From Catajapyx aquilonaris (lineage: Eukaryota): DNA of 52,746 nt. This document shows, piece after piece, positions 1-13,634 of this stretch. Numbering within the stretch: position 1 is the first letter of the stretch; each line of letters opens with the position of its first letter. The notes under the pieces are model-generated. The model was given only the letters and a program-made list of their open reading frames with translations, ran no database searches and was not told the origin of the DNA. The stretch covers positions 1 to 52,746 of the forward strand of contig KZ538702.1 in the NCBI GenBank assembly GCA_000934665.2, given 5' to 3'. A program made the translations under genes and the position numbers.

Positions 1-2470
1 ATGCACCAAATTCGATTCGACATTTTACGCAATATTTCGATATCACACGGTCCTACACTGAAAAAGCAGAATTCAAACTATTTGGTTGAGCAAAATTCTG
101 TTATTTCAACCTCATTGGTTGAACAGCATATTATTTTTTTATTTATATCATTTCTCACTTGTCCGACCCGTGGGAAGAGATGGATGAGACTTTTACTGTG
201 CGGCCCTTTCCTATCTCTCATCCTTATCGATTGGCTTCTGCAGATTCAACCATCTACTTGCGCCCCCCCCCCCCCCCCCCGGGTCTAACTTCTCCTCAAC
301 TCTCTCTCTACTTATGGTAGAGCCAAGTTGGATGCCAAGATTTGTTCCGATTGACGGAAAAGAAAGCGGCATTACGCGAGTTGAAAACCCGTCTTATTTA
401 TAGCACATGTTTGGCACCGTGGCCTCGCACTTGGCCAAAATATGGCCGTTCCAACCCTATGGTTACATAAAGGTGGAAAATGGCCACACGTGAGAATTCA
501 TGGAGCGTGGATAGAAATACAAATAGGGCCTGCCAGATTCAGGCCCTCTTCCACTTGGCAATTGATCCATTAAGGCCACTTCCATTTACCCTGAAATCAA
601 CGGGAGAGTCGTCTGTCAATATTGACTCTCAGAAAGTTTGAAATGCGGAGTCCTCTATCTCTCCTAAAAAAAACCCGTGTGTGTCTACTACCTTCCTCTT
701 CTTCGCCACTTCTGAGCAAAGGCAATTATGCCAACTCATCCCCTTTACGGCCTTTCTTATCCTCTCAGTCGCTGGTATTACTGAACGTAAAAACAGTTAT
801 GCTGAACACTGAGAAAAGAATTGCTATAAGGTGCGTGCCCGCTATCACTGATGAGCAGTTACGTCTGATAAAAAAAAATATGTACTTAAAAAAAGTGGAT
901 GGCTTAGGTATACACAGCTGTTCGAGTGTCTAGCAAGTGCTCTGTCCACAATACCACTCGACTATCGCTCAAAGACGTGCCGACGAGTGTGCTGCAAAAA
1001 TAGTCGGTGTCTAGGGTGTTACAAGGAGGTGTAATGTGTCACCCTGAGTCGGGGCCGGAAAATTATTATTGGAAAAAAAATTAAGTGTGGTTCCGTGCAG
1101 GTAGCTGTCAATCCTAGCTAAACAAACAAGTGCACAGGATGGCTATATGGATCTCTTTTTCGTCTTTTCGTCTTTTTTTTTCCCTTCGTTCGGAAAGGCC
1201 AAACTTGTTGACTTGCGAGCATTCCAGCCTGGGCCAATGAGAACCAGACACGAACGCAAATCCATCATCTTCTCACCTTAGTCTTGGCATCAAAAACGCA
1301 GCCTTCTGACAACACGTCATCGACCGCATGCTGAGTAGGCTAAATGCAAGGGGGTGGGGAGTGTATGGGAGAAGGAAACTCCCTGGACAGACTCTGAGGT
1401 AAAGCTACAAGGTGACAGTAGTAGTACTGTACTGACTATGTACAGGCTATCAGAAGTCAGACCAGTACTGTCAGAAATCAGCGTGCAGCAGAATTAAAGT
1501 GCATCCTGCTGCTTCAGCCAATCAAATAAGGGTGTCATGAGAAATTTATAAGTGGACTGTAACAACGTCTGGTGGGATTTTATTAATTTTTTATTTGTGC
1601 TCCAGGCCTGCAGTCCATTCTGAGATAATGCAGGTCCAGGGAAACTTGAACATGCCTCAAAAATTATGTCCAGGTTTTGTGTGGAATGTTAAAATTATAC
1701 GACTCACACAGCAACAGGCTCCTTCCAATAGCTCAGCACAAATTAAGTTACACTAACTTGTCAACAAATTTGGCAGGTGGTTGGGAGGTATCGGGACTAA
1801 AAATTCATTCAATATCCTTGGTGAATTATACAGTCTCACCCATATTAAAATATGACACAACCTGTTGTAACCCTTTATTTCACCAAGTATGAAGTAGGTA
1901 AACATTGCTAGTCTCCTAGCAGGTCTGTCTTGTTCGCCAGTCTCTTTCAAGAGCCATTCTACATTATTTCCATGCCAGTTCTTCAAGCCATCATCATCCA
2001 TCACATACAAGAGCACTGCTCCAAGCATCTGGTGCAGTCGGGACGAAATAGCCCTTACCATTACAACTAAAAAAACTAAGCTAAACTAGCCACATCCCAA
2101 AGGCAGAGTGCCTGCTCCGCAGCATTAAATGGAACACTAAAAGCATACGGTCACACGAGACTTCATGCCTCCAAAGACCCCTTTCACCATAGGGCATTGC
2201 TAAGTCAGCAGATGAATGTTTCACATGATGCAGCAGAATAGATTGCAACAATGAGCATCCAACATGCTATAATGAAACAATGTTGTAGTCATCTGACTTT
2301 TGAGCTCCTAATAGAGAAGTGGTGGAGTTGCACCCTTATTACAGGCTGTCAAGCAGGAGGTCCAGGGTTCTACTCCCAGACCTGACATTCGCACCTTCAC
2401 TTGGCCAGTTTATCTTCCAACCATGATACTCTCTTCCCACACACATCATTATGGACAATCGTGGTCCTTG

Positions 2471-2471
<1 letters not shown>

Positions 2472-2532
<61 letters not shown>

Positions 2533-2689
2533 GCATATTCTTCTTCTTCATACATGGCTTTTCCCAAACATTGGGGTGCCAGTGGATAATGATGATGATG
2601 ATGTTGTTGTTGTTGTTGTTGTATTATTATTATTCGTACATGGCTTTTCCCAAACATTGGGGTGCCAGCGGATAATGAGATGGTTGTTG

Positions 2690-2742
<53 letters not shown>
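2472..2742. repeat. Compound microsatellite (ATT)n/(CTT)n/(GAT)n/(GTT)n with an embedded ~42-bp direct duplication
   Basis: (ATT)n at 2472-2532 and ~2690-2742. tacatggcttttcccaaacattggggtgccagYggataatga occurs at 2551 and 2637. Confidence 0.95.
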
Positions 2743-2743
<1 letters not shown>

Positions 2744-4899
2744 GGTACAAATATATCCCATGTTTGAAATCATCTGACACATTGCCAGTTAGCGCCCTCA
2801 CACAGTACAGACTCCAATTGGCTGAACCCTTTCACCTGGGGATCACCGGGATAATACCGAGCCGCTCCTGCTGTCGTTCGCCGCACCGGAAAATACACTG
2901 GGAAATCCCCAAGCCAGTAACCCCTCCAGGTACTGAACCCACACAAATTCCCATATAAAGACATTGACATCATTCACCGCACATGCATCGTCAGCAAGCC
3001 GGGCTCTTACAAGCAGGGAGTTCATTTACCTGTCTGTCCTCTAGTAATGGCCGACTTCAGGCCCGGTCCCCTTCCGGCATCCCACTACGTCTGTCCTGGG
3101 TTCAGGCCCGGGGGTCTGGGAGGCGATGTGCAGGAGACGAGAGAAGCCACGAGAAAAAGGGTAGGCAAGTAGCGGAAGCGGCGAGGTACTTGCAAACCAA
3201 CCTTCTTCGGACAAGCCTTGAGCGGCTATGAGGACACTTGGCACTGGGATGTCTGACACTGGCGCCACCTGCTGGCCCCATATCCTACTTGGAGGCGTGG
3301 CAGGAAACTGCCTGTATGCCGTTTGGTGGAGCTCACAGCACCTAGCGGCCAGGATGGGAGTCAGGTGCTGGCATTATCTATACAGGTTTCAAATTCAAAA
3401 GGGTCATAATTTGGCAACAATGGATTTTAATCATTCAACAATGTACGGATCGTCTGAGTATAGCGTCATAAGAGGCCCCAGCCCTATCACGGGGTAACTT
3501 TAAAAAAATAGTCGCAACACTAAGTTCATAAAGTGTAACAATTGCTATTATTATACGTATAGCCTAATATATTAACCTACATTGCTACATGACTTTAGGT
3601 TATTTGTGTAATGTGTCATATATCACATATTTATGTGTCAAATTATAGACTGTATTAACTATGCATTTATTATTTGACTTACGTAGGTCTCGTCGCTACT
3701 CTTTTTATAGGGATACGTCGTGACACCTTGGCTGTTTGTTATTGTTTAATATTGTTACCCTTGACAGGAACTATTTCTTAGTGTTATGTCCCTTTCATTA
3801 TGGAACTTCCACTACGAATATATTTACCCAAAATTGAGAACCTGCTGTACTGCTGGGGCGTGCCTTGAATCTTCCTGGAGTTGGGACACACAGCCCGTGT
3901 GTACACTTAGGTCGCTTTGCTCAAACTCAGAGGGTGTATATTGTGATATGGTGAAGCAACCCAATTTCTGATTTACTTTCTGGGGTAATTATTCATCTAT
4001 ACATAAGCTGACACTTGCATACGATTAGACTTTATGTGAACTATATTTCATGCAGCTAATTACCGCATTTAAATTTGCCGAGTGACAAATGGATCTCATG
4101 TCGAAACAAATTATGGTAAGGCCAAAACTTTAGACATTTCTTGGAATTTCAAGACTTAAATAATTAAGATGTCTACAATATGTTTCGAGTTATATGGTTT
4201 CAAAATCTGAGCATTCTTTTTCGATAACCCTGTATTGATTGCTGTCATTAATAAACATAACAAGAGTAAGAGTAATTTATTATCCATGGTGTAGGCTACT
4301 TTCATCAATGCTGCAACTGGATCTCTTGCATCTGGACAAAAAGCGACACGCTGGTGTAGTTAGCGCCACATCCTTCCACCTCTAAGGTACTGTACCGTGC
4401 TAGATCCCCGGGTCAGGCAGAGGACACTTATGGCGGCGATAAAGAAAATCCGGACTTCTTCGAGTTCCAACTCTGGCCGAAGTGGATCCCACCCTCCCTA
4501 CACAAAAGAAGGGTCGCGTTTGCGGTTGACCATTCCCTCTAGGCACAATAAAAACCGTGAAAATTGGGGTTCCCCCAGCTTCTAGTAGTTCTCAAATCAG
4601 TCAAATTTTGACAAAATTATTATTTGCCGAAAGGTTATAGCTAAACATAAAAATCGACTTCACGGGTCCGGAGCACCAATTTTTTCCGCATTTTTGAGTG
4701 CTTGTTACGACATAGCTTAAAATTTTACAACGGCGTAAATTACTTCCGAATGCAAATGACTTTTTATAATACTACATTAAGAATATTGGAAAAGTACAGC
4801 ACACATGTGTAAAAGAAAGGTCAGTTACACTTGCACAAAAAAACGGTTCTGCTGTTGTTAGTTAGCGAGAACTTTACTCCCAAATTATCTTTATCTGGA

Positions 4900-5072
4900 C
4901 CCTGGCACCTGTACGCCTTATGTGGAAAGCGTTTCGATGGGTTCTCTCCGTGTTCGCGTGGGTTTTCTCAGGATTCTCCCGTTTCCTCCCATTATCAAAA
5001 CCCATCACATGACAGGCAATGAATAAAGACGGTCAATTAAAATATGATCCCCTAAAAGGCCCAAGAAGGCCT
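4900..5072 (+). mobile_element. SINE body with V-domain-like core, 3' end interrupted by the TIR element at 5073-6008
   Basis: 4920-4992 tgtggaaagcgtttcgatgggttctctccgtgttcgcgtgggttttctcaggattctcccgtttcctccca resembles the V-SINE core (GTTCTCCCCGTGTCTGCGTGGGTTTCCTCCGGGTGCTCCGGTTTCCTCCCA). A possible decayed tRNA head lies at ~4350-4415. The sequence resumes at 6011 and runs into an (ATT)n tail. Confidence 0.55.
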
Positions 5073-6008
5073 CCCTTACCGAAATTTTCTCTACCTCGCG
5101 GCGAGGTCGCGAGACGAGCTTATGGCCACCCAACCGCATACTAGCGGTTGTTTCATTTCGCTATGTCGCGGGCGAGGTCGCGGCGAGGTGGTCGCAAGGT
5201 GGCGGTGGCGAGGTGGTCGCGAGGTGGCCACCTCGCGACCACCTCGCCACCCGAGGTAGTCGTGATACTTATTGCCTCCACAGCAAAGTACATGGGTGGC
5301 AAGGTAGTCGCGAGGTGGGGCGGCTATCCTGAGGCGGCGGCAAGCTCGCGGCTAGGTTAAATTTCGGTAAGGGGAAGTGGCTTTTTCGCTTTTTATTATT
5401 CGCTTCTTCGCATGGTTGGTTGCTTGGTTTTCGTAGAAGTGCGGAGGTACCCGGCTTGTATGGCTCTTTCATACCGCGGATTGTCCTGCTCGCACCAAAC
5501 AGCATTGCCATTTAACGACTCTAGCAAATTAATGTCACAATGAAGTACCTCGGGGGTAAATGAGCCGCATGCAGTGGAGTATCCTGCCACCTTTGCACAT
5601 GGGTAATGGCCAAAATTTATTCGCATTGTTGTGGGATAAATCGGTGCAACGATACACCGACGGCAGCGCCATCTCCACGCGGGAAGCTGCCCCACATTCG
5701 AATAAATTGCTCGTCGCCAAGTGGCAGCTAGCTCGTCATGACGAGGTCAGAAAAAGAGACTTGACCTCGCGGAATGACTTGCTCGTCGCCAAGTAGCGGC
5801 TAGCTCGTCATGACGAGGTCAGAAAAAGAGACTTGACCTCGCGGAATGACTTGCTCGGCGCCAAGTAGCGGCTAGCTCGTCATGACGAGGTCAGGAGAAT
5901 ATTTTGACAGCCGCGAGGTCCCGCGAGGTGGCGGCTATCCTGAGGCGAGCTTGCCAGCTTCTGGCGAGCTAGCGGCAAGCTCGCGGCTAGGTTAAATTTC
6001 GGTAAGGG
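5073..6008. mobile_element. Non-autonomous TIR element, EnSpm/CACTA-like (animal CCC...GGG type)
   Basis: Perfect 15-bp TIR CCCTTACCGAAATTT / AAATTTCGGTAAGGG with 2-bp flanking duplication CT/CT. Many subterminal cctcgcg/cgcgagg motifs, a second copy of the right end terminating at 5373, and internal tandem repeats. Confidence 0.8.
5707..5894. repeat. 72-bp tandem repeat, ~2.6 copies, inside the EnSpm-like element
   Basis: The unit ttgctcgtcgccaagt...gacctcgcggaatgac starts at 5707, 5779 and 5851. Confidence 0.92.
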
Positions 6009-6036
6009 CTATCACGGGGTGTCCATTATTATACCC

Positions 6037-6118
<82 letters not shown>

Positions 6119-6134
6119 ATTATTATTATTATTA

Positions 6135-6190
<56 letters not shown>
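6037..6190. repeat. (TTA)n/(TTG)n microsatellite
   Basis: Directly visible; it explains the poly-Leu ORF at 6084. Confidence 0.97.
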
Positions 6191-6193
<3 letters not shown>

Positions 6194-7301
6194 CTGCACG
6201 AAAATCTTTAGACGAGATGTGCTAAAGACGTTCGGGGGAATTTGTATGATACCTTACCAACGACGGATCATTGACGGACTTCACACACAGAACGTGTCTA
6301 TCAATTTTTAATGTCTTTTCCCGATTTTGGGAAACGTCAACAGATCTTCCAATTTGCCGCGCGCTTTTCATTGATATAATTATAAGGTAACTTATTTACA
6401 TCTCCCAGAAAATAGCCCTTTCTTTTTCTTACAGTTAGTAAATAATTCATAACTTGCCGTACCGTACTGTATATATGTTCTATAGAAATGTTATAAAAAC
6501 TACTTTAATTGCCGGAGAACTATTCACTATAGTATCTTACGCTAGGAAAGTTCGTAATCAATGTTTTATTTTCATGTACGAAGTAAATAATTTTAAATGA
6601 TCGTATAATGATCGTGATAAAGAGAAACTTCCTAATGAGTCTGCTTGGCATCTTATGTAACCGTCATTTGAATCCCCCAGCTTTATTTACACTACACTGC
6701 TGTCGGGTTTTGAAAGTGGCTGTAAAACGGACGGACCCCATCGAAACACTTTACACAAGATACAGTCCTCTGCCAGACTTGGGGCATCGAAATCGGCTGA
6801 GACAATAGTATTATTTTACTTTATTTTCTACCCCTTTTGGCTGAGGCCTAAACAAGTGCGTCATTGTGACGCTCGTTATAAATGATCAATAAAAGCATGG
6901 GAATAATATTACAGCAGTCTACAGTGGTTTATCCTTCCTTTATACCCTCTGTGTCCGACGGACAAAAGAGGCTACAGGTGAACGGGTATAGACAGGTGGG
7001 TCCTCTCCTGGTGCTGCTAGCAACACTATCTCGGTAGCTACTAAATGCAGCCGTCAGAAAGCGCACAAATCGAAGTTTTTGCTCAAGTGTGGTAGAGGAT
7101 AGCCTCGGTATAGTATTACTAGATGGTGGTGTTATCTTTGTTTCAAAAGTTCAACTATTATTCAAAGTACAGTACCTTAAGAACTTTTTAAAAGTTACCC
7201 TTTTCCAGTCATGTTCTGCTTTCATAAAGGTTGTATCACTGCCCATCAAACGTCGAGTTACTGTTATGAGCTCAAGAACTTGAACTTGAACTTGATTAGA
7301 T

Positions 7302-7544
7302 CAGGGTCCCCTACATGGTTGCCTCCCCCACCCTAACCCGGGTATTGTCTTCACGTATAGTCCTTATGCAATCTAGCTCCAATATGGCCGCCCCATGCTG
7401 CAGGATAGGGAATTGGCAAGCGATTCGTTTTTGTTTTTTTCAATTGTTTTTTTCCTATGCAATTTTCCTATCTGATTTAGCTCCAATATGGCGGAGAGAC
7501 AATACCCTGTCTAGGTGGGGGTGGCACTCATGTAGGTGACCCTG
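7302..7544. mobile_element. hAT-type MITE (243 bp)
   Basis: Imperfect ~47-bp TIRs start CAGGGTC and end GACCCTG. Perfect 8-bp TSD GATTAGAT at 7294-7301 and 7545-7552. Confidence 0.88.
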
Positions 7545-10524
7545 GATTAGATTAGTACGTGCTGTCTCGGTAGATTTTATTTCCGTTCTGTGGCCAAGGT
7601 GATTACAATAATACTATTAAGTCCGCGATGTCAGATATATAATATACCGGTATTTAATTGAGTGGTTCCCAATATTCTGCCCATCCACCAGTTAATTGTT
7701 GGTAAAAACAAGATGTCAGGTGGATAATTTATTGGATTGTGACGAGTGGTTGGGTTTTGTGTTTAAACAGCAAAATAATAATATACCGGTATGTGAGGGA
7801 TTCCATGTCCGGGAATCAGGGTGGGTGTATTATGCAAAGCAGAGTCCCTCGCTAAACTGTTTATTCAATTACCTTTTACTCCAGCATCACAAGTAATGCA
7901 CGTTATTTATACGTCGGAATTATATTTTTGGTGACCATCATGGGCACCATTGGTGTGGAATAAAGTTTGGTGCGGCCATGGCCATGGTTGCTGTGTGGTG
8001 CACTCACGGCCACCTCAGCGGCCACCAGATTTTATTTTATTGCTGTTTACTCGTCAGCAGAAGAGCCATGCATGGAACTATTCATTATATCCTATCCACT
8101 GCCTGTAGCATATTTTCGTGGTATAGACGCCACCATCGATTTTATCACCAGTGTTTTAAGTCTTATAAAAAAATTGTTTCTGATTATTATAGGCATGCTA
8201 GATTCTGGGCCATAGCCTATATGCATACAATAAGAAGTACTAGTACTGATGTAGCTCAAACGCAATTTTTCTAATCCATTATCGGCAATGTTTGGATCAC
8301 TGCTTACATTACAGTTCCATTCTTCTCTTAAGTTACATTGCCTGATGAAAAATGTTGAGACAATAAACTCCGTAATATTATTTTTATCATTCTTGAAGAA
8401 AGTGAATGGAGAACGTCTTGCCATGATACAGTGTAGAACAGTCTCGGTGAACGTAAGCAAGAGAAAGTTTTACTGCAGATAAACAATTCTCTACCCACAC
8501 ACTGTACGATAGTAGGCCACTTTCACTATTTAAACCACTGTTTACACTGAAGTAGTGTAGTACTGTATATTGCTTAAAAACTCTGTGTGTTAAGCGGGAG
8601 TGACAATTATTATTCTATGTATAGGCTTACGACTTCCGCATATTCTATACAGCAATGCAAACTTCCTACCGGCTGCCAACATCTGGCTATTCGATCATAA
8701 TGATTTATTAGGAACCATATTGCAATCATATATGACGAGCAGTATATTAGCTCTATGTGTGTAACCCTCAAGGAAAATATAAATATCTTATCAACACTAA
8801 TTTTCCAAAGAGGGTGTGATAGGAATAGGACTTCCAAAGGTATGGGTACTCTGCCTTCTCAGTCGAATTAGACTAAAACAATACTGTATAGGATTTGTAT
8901 TATTGGTGTAGTAAGAATAAAAGACCTTCTGAATAGCAATGCACTACAACGTTCGTGATCGTTAAAATATGGATGGATAGATTTCAGATATTGAACTGGG
9001 AAACACCCTGAGCATTGGGGACTGTGTAGGCTATATGATGACAAAGTCGTTGTCTAGAAAAGTCAAACTTCCTGCCTTAGATAGTGTTTCTATTATTTTG
9101 AGAGTTATAATATTTTTTAACAGTTACGTGAAGCAAACACGCGCAATTAATTTTATATTTATTGTTGACAGCTGAAGCGGAGTTTGATAAATCATAAAAT
9201 ATACAGAAAAATTTCATGTCTTTGTTACATCAAACATAAACGTTCCGATATGTACATAGTAAGTAATGAACACATTAACATCACAGGAAGCATTTTAGAA
9301 ATGCTGCTACTGATCGGTATTTTTTCTTCGACACAGGACGTTATTTTCAACCTCTTTTCTAACATGCCACAAATACAGTTCCTGAAGTTACAAAAGTTGC
9401 CATCACGAGTTTCTTCGGAGTTATTTCAGTTCGGCTGCCATATTTCTGATATTGAGAAACTTGGAAGGAACCAATAACTAGGGTATACCTAACGATCGGT
9501 ACAGGCCACGCCTATCCCTATGTGAAGCCATAAACATCCCTCCAAAAGGTTCCTTGTCAATCTGCAACGTCTATCCTGAAAACAGGTATTTCACCATCAG
9601 TTGACGTCAAGGGAGCTCGTTGAATGCATGCTTGAAACAAATGCATTAAGACAAATGGTTGTTCCTACTTCGGCTTTTTTTTGAACCATGACATTTTCTC
9701 CTACTCGACTCTGACTGACATTCACCCAAGAATTCACAAATTGGTACAGCAAATAAAATGCTCTCCAACCATGTATTTTATAAATGGAATGGGATCCTGG
9801 CGTCACCGGAAGGCGTAAAAGGAAGGCCTTTTGAAGGACCTTCGTAAGGACCTTTATAGAAGTTGGCCTAATGCCACATCTTCAGAAGGCGTCTTTATAC
9901 ATCATAAATCATCAATACTCTGCACTTGATTACGGGTTTTATACTACAAATGACACAAAACCATCAAGGAAGCTTTTACAACAACAAGATCTAATACTGA
10001 CAATGCATCTGACGCTGGATCTTGATGTTTATTTCACTGTGACGAGAGGAGTGGCGGCAAAATATTTTGGCTTCATCATCACGCCTATACAGTATAGCAA
10101 AACAGAGTATCGCTAGCGTAAAGGCGACAGGCGGCATCAGAAAGCGTCATCGATCATGTCAACGGTGGCAGTAATGAACATCTGGAGAATTCGCTGCAGC
10201 CTCGTTTTACCCCGATGTCCGCTATCATCATCATGCAAGGGGCAATGTATCGGAACAGTAAAGTGAGAAAGCATTGCCTAATATACTACTTATACTGTAT
10301 AGATCCACACCGAACAAATAGAGCAGTTCTGCATGGCCTCTTTTCTGCCATATGTGTATAGGACCTGTAAAAAAACTTAATTTTATGCATAGATTGTTAA
10401 AAACCAGATGTGAGTTACACCCTGAATGCACTGGAATATACGCGTAGTAGTACTGTACACATATGATCAACTCTACATAGATATCTAACACTTGGGCTTG
10501 GTGACAGTCACCACTGCATATATA

Positions 10525-10790
10525 CAAGGGTGTTCCAGATTCGTGGGTCACTTTTTGATTTATAACTGATATTATCCGATAGCAGTTATTTTTTGTAGCT
10601 TGTTATGCCCTTAACCATGTGCTTCATTCTATAGCACCTGCTATATTAGACATCCAGTGGGTCGAATATAGCAGTAGTTAACTAGTTATAGTATGGTGCA
10701 CATGGTTAGGAGCACAACAAGCTACAAAAATAACTGCTATCGGGCGATATCAGTTATCAAAAAAGTGACCCACGAATCTGGAACACTCTG
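10525..10790. mobile_element. Tc1/mariner-type MITE (266 bp)
   Basis: TIRs of ~95 bp (caagggtgttccagattcgtgggtcactttttga... / ...tcaaaaaagtgacccacgaatctggaacactctg), flanked by TA on both sides. Confidence 0.9.
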
Positions 10791-13387
10791 TATTACGTTC
10801 TCTGATGAAGGTGCGATAAAATCACGTACTTGATAAAAGTCCCCCGCGGGATATTGACAAATCATTAAAATCAATACTTCCACAATTACTTACAGGAAAT
10901 GTCATTTCCGTTTCGACCTCAAACACTGGACCATTATATTTAAAATTCTTTCGTACATGAGTAGAAAATGTGAGAAGCACAAAAAAAAATGCTATGAAAC
11001 ATTGAAAATGAGACTCGACTCTGTTGTAAAAGCTGATCCGAGATACATTTTAAATATTTTAAATATCTCTATTCTGTCCAGCAGATTTGCATTTCATATT
11101 CGCACGACAGGTATAGCCACAAATAAGATATAGCATACGCTAGAATAATTTTCCACGTTCCTCATGCAAAGTTTCCAGACACATATTCCGAATCATTCAT
11201 AATAATAAACTCTCTTACTTTTCATACGCGTTTGTCGTACCACAGTTTGCAACTTGATTCTTTTTGAGAACATCCGATGAATGCATTCATAGTTTTTCAA
11301 GCGTTCCACTGGGAAATGCAAAACAGTACATGTAATCAGTAAAAAGTGGTTACGAGACGGTATACTCGGTTTCATATCCCCATGGGACGGCTTTAAAAAA
11401 AGGAATTTAATTCCCTGGCTACTTACAGGAATACTGAAGGACTGTACATTTATAAGTCATATACAGTATACAGTACCGTACATCTCAACTGTAGTGCATT
11501 ATGAAATTATTAATTACAATCACAAACGTAAATATATAAACTTCTCGTGTGTCAGGACAACACATAATTTTGGATATGAAGTGTCCTTTTCCGAAGTTTA
11601 GAAAGGACGGAAACCACTTTTGTATATAAGTTTACCTTTGTCCTCTCGCGGTTTTGATGACCCTGTACAGTATATGGAAGGGCTAAATTACATCGTTAGA
11701 AGTTTATGATGGACACTTATTGGAAAGACCGCCTTCACAGATTTAATTGTTTTAATTATCTCTGCAGCTAAAGTAGTTTTAGCCGTAAATGTCTTTATGA
11801 ATATAACGTATCGTTAATCTTTATCTCAAAAGGTCATCAAAGACCCGCATGGAACAGTATTCAGAGCAGCTTCTTTTACGTGATGCTTTAATTCAAGCTT
11901 TCATTTACTCCTCGTCAATAATATTACAAGTGGAAGTAGTACGTGGATATGACCTAAGTCACGACTGTTTAGTACAGCTACGTGTGTAATACATTATAAA
12001 TGAGAGAGTGCGTTTTTTGTAGCGAAATGATTCCGTGTGGTGGTGGCTGATGACGTGAGAATTTTTTTTAAACAGTACAAGAACATCTGCCCTCTACATA
12101 TAACTCGACAGCACAATAATTAAACATTGCAGAGCACATACACGTGCGAATGTTCGATATTAAAACTCATGACACGTGTTCCTAGGTGCAAAAGTGCAAT
12201 GTAATAAATGGCGGGAAATGGGAACAAAGGCGTCATATTTTTGAAACCCAGATTATCGGCTCATTTAAAAGGTCAACTAGTGGTGCATGTGCAGTATATG
12301 CTATACTAGGGAGACCCCCAAAGCTATCCCTGCTGTTTTCCTTGGAAATGCGACAGCTGGCATTAGCTATTATTTCCCAAATTTATTTTCAGGGTTTTGA
12401 AATTCCGAAACAACCCCTATACTACACAGTTGTCCTTTTCACATGGTTGTGTACGTAGCTCAAATATGCCCGCATTAGCGCATTTTGTTCTCATAGAGTC
12501 CAAGCAGGAGTAACAATATTGTACAAGTTAGTAACAATAGTGTACAATTGAAATCTATTTACGGAATTATTTGGGGGAAATGAGGAATACCACATGTTCA
12601 ACCTTGGCCCCTGAACAGACTCTTCATCAATGATGTGATAAAATGCGCATACCCTAACATAAAACTCCACTAATATAAAGCTATGTAGACTAATGGTTGT
12701 TAGCATATTTTGCCTGGTTAACAACATGGAGGACTACGAGGCGGTCAAGGTCGAAGGTACTTGGGTCTGGCCCTGAGTGCCTCAATTAGTGCATCAAATT
12801 ATCCACACTGCGGCACTCAAAGCGCACTCAATAAATATCAAATTTGCATCTAATAGATAACTAATATGTGGCGTATGTGTGAAGGACCTCTTGCTTGGCA
12901 GCAGGACGCTAATGTCAAAAGATCGCAATATGATGACCTTGTCACCAACATCTGTTTTTCACTCATAATATTGCTATAGGGATATACTTGTTTGGATGAT
13001 TATTGATCAATGGCCCAGTTCACCCTCTTCCAGGCTCCGTTTAAAATGTCATTACGTGTAGTAGCAAAGTCGGGAAAGTACAGCACACAGACTAGTGCAT
13101 GGATGAGAAGGTAACGAGTTTGAAAAAGCAATAACGTCTAAAATCTATGTAGTAAAAGTGCAAAATGAACTCTTATACTCTTGCTATATGCACGTTATTT
13201 CGGTTTAATGTGATATTATGATTATTAATTAATGTACCTCTATATTGGGTTTCAAATTATCACGACCTAATTGAGAGCTGTTAAAATCTCGTCAGACTCT
13301 CAAAACGAAGAGATGCTATAGAAGCTGTTGAAACAACTTCGCAAATAACGGTAGCCTAGGCCTACGTAATTCGCGCTACCCTTCAAC

Positions 13388-13634
13388 GAGGGGTCTCAGA
13401 TCAAAAGCGGCTAAGTCCATTTTTGGGGGTGTAACACAAATACGTCCAGAAATAATGTATTTTAATGTCATTTGGTATTAATTGCACAGTTTCGTATGTA
13501 GCTGAGCCGTGGCAACATATGGACGCAAAAGGTTTCAAGATTGTACCAGTGAAAGTTAAGAAATCAGCAGTTTTTGCTCATTTTACGACCCGTTTTTTTG
13601 GACTTAGCCGCCTTTGACTGATCTGAGACCCCTC
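13388..13634. mobile_element. Mariner-like MITE (~250 bp)
   Basis: TIR gaggggtctcagatcaaaagcggctaagtcca versus tggacttagccgcctttgactgatctgagacccctc (4-nt indel). Termini resemble YGAGGGG mariner ends. Confidence 0.8.

Noticed and set aside
2339..2958. Poly-Ile/Leu/Asn/Gln ORFs (also 6084-6311 and the RE/LS repeats at 15079-15309)
   Set aside because: These are translations of microsatellites.
1753..3400. Possible minus-strand exons (ORFs 1753-2061 and 3041-3268)
   Set aside because: Somewhat protein-like, but I could not establish a family or a consistent splice chain.
5707..5894. CRISPR-like array
   Set aside because: The units are contiguous 72-bp tandem copies with no unique spacers, inside a eukaryotic TIR element, and there are no cas genes.
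8092..8460. 122-aa minus-strand ORF (MARRSPFTFFKNDK...)
   Set aside because: No recognisable motif and no convincing splice partners.
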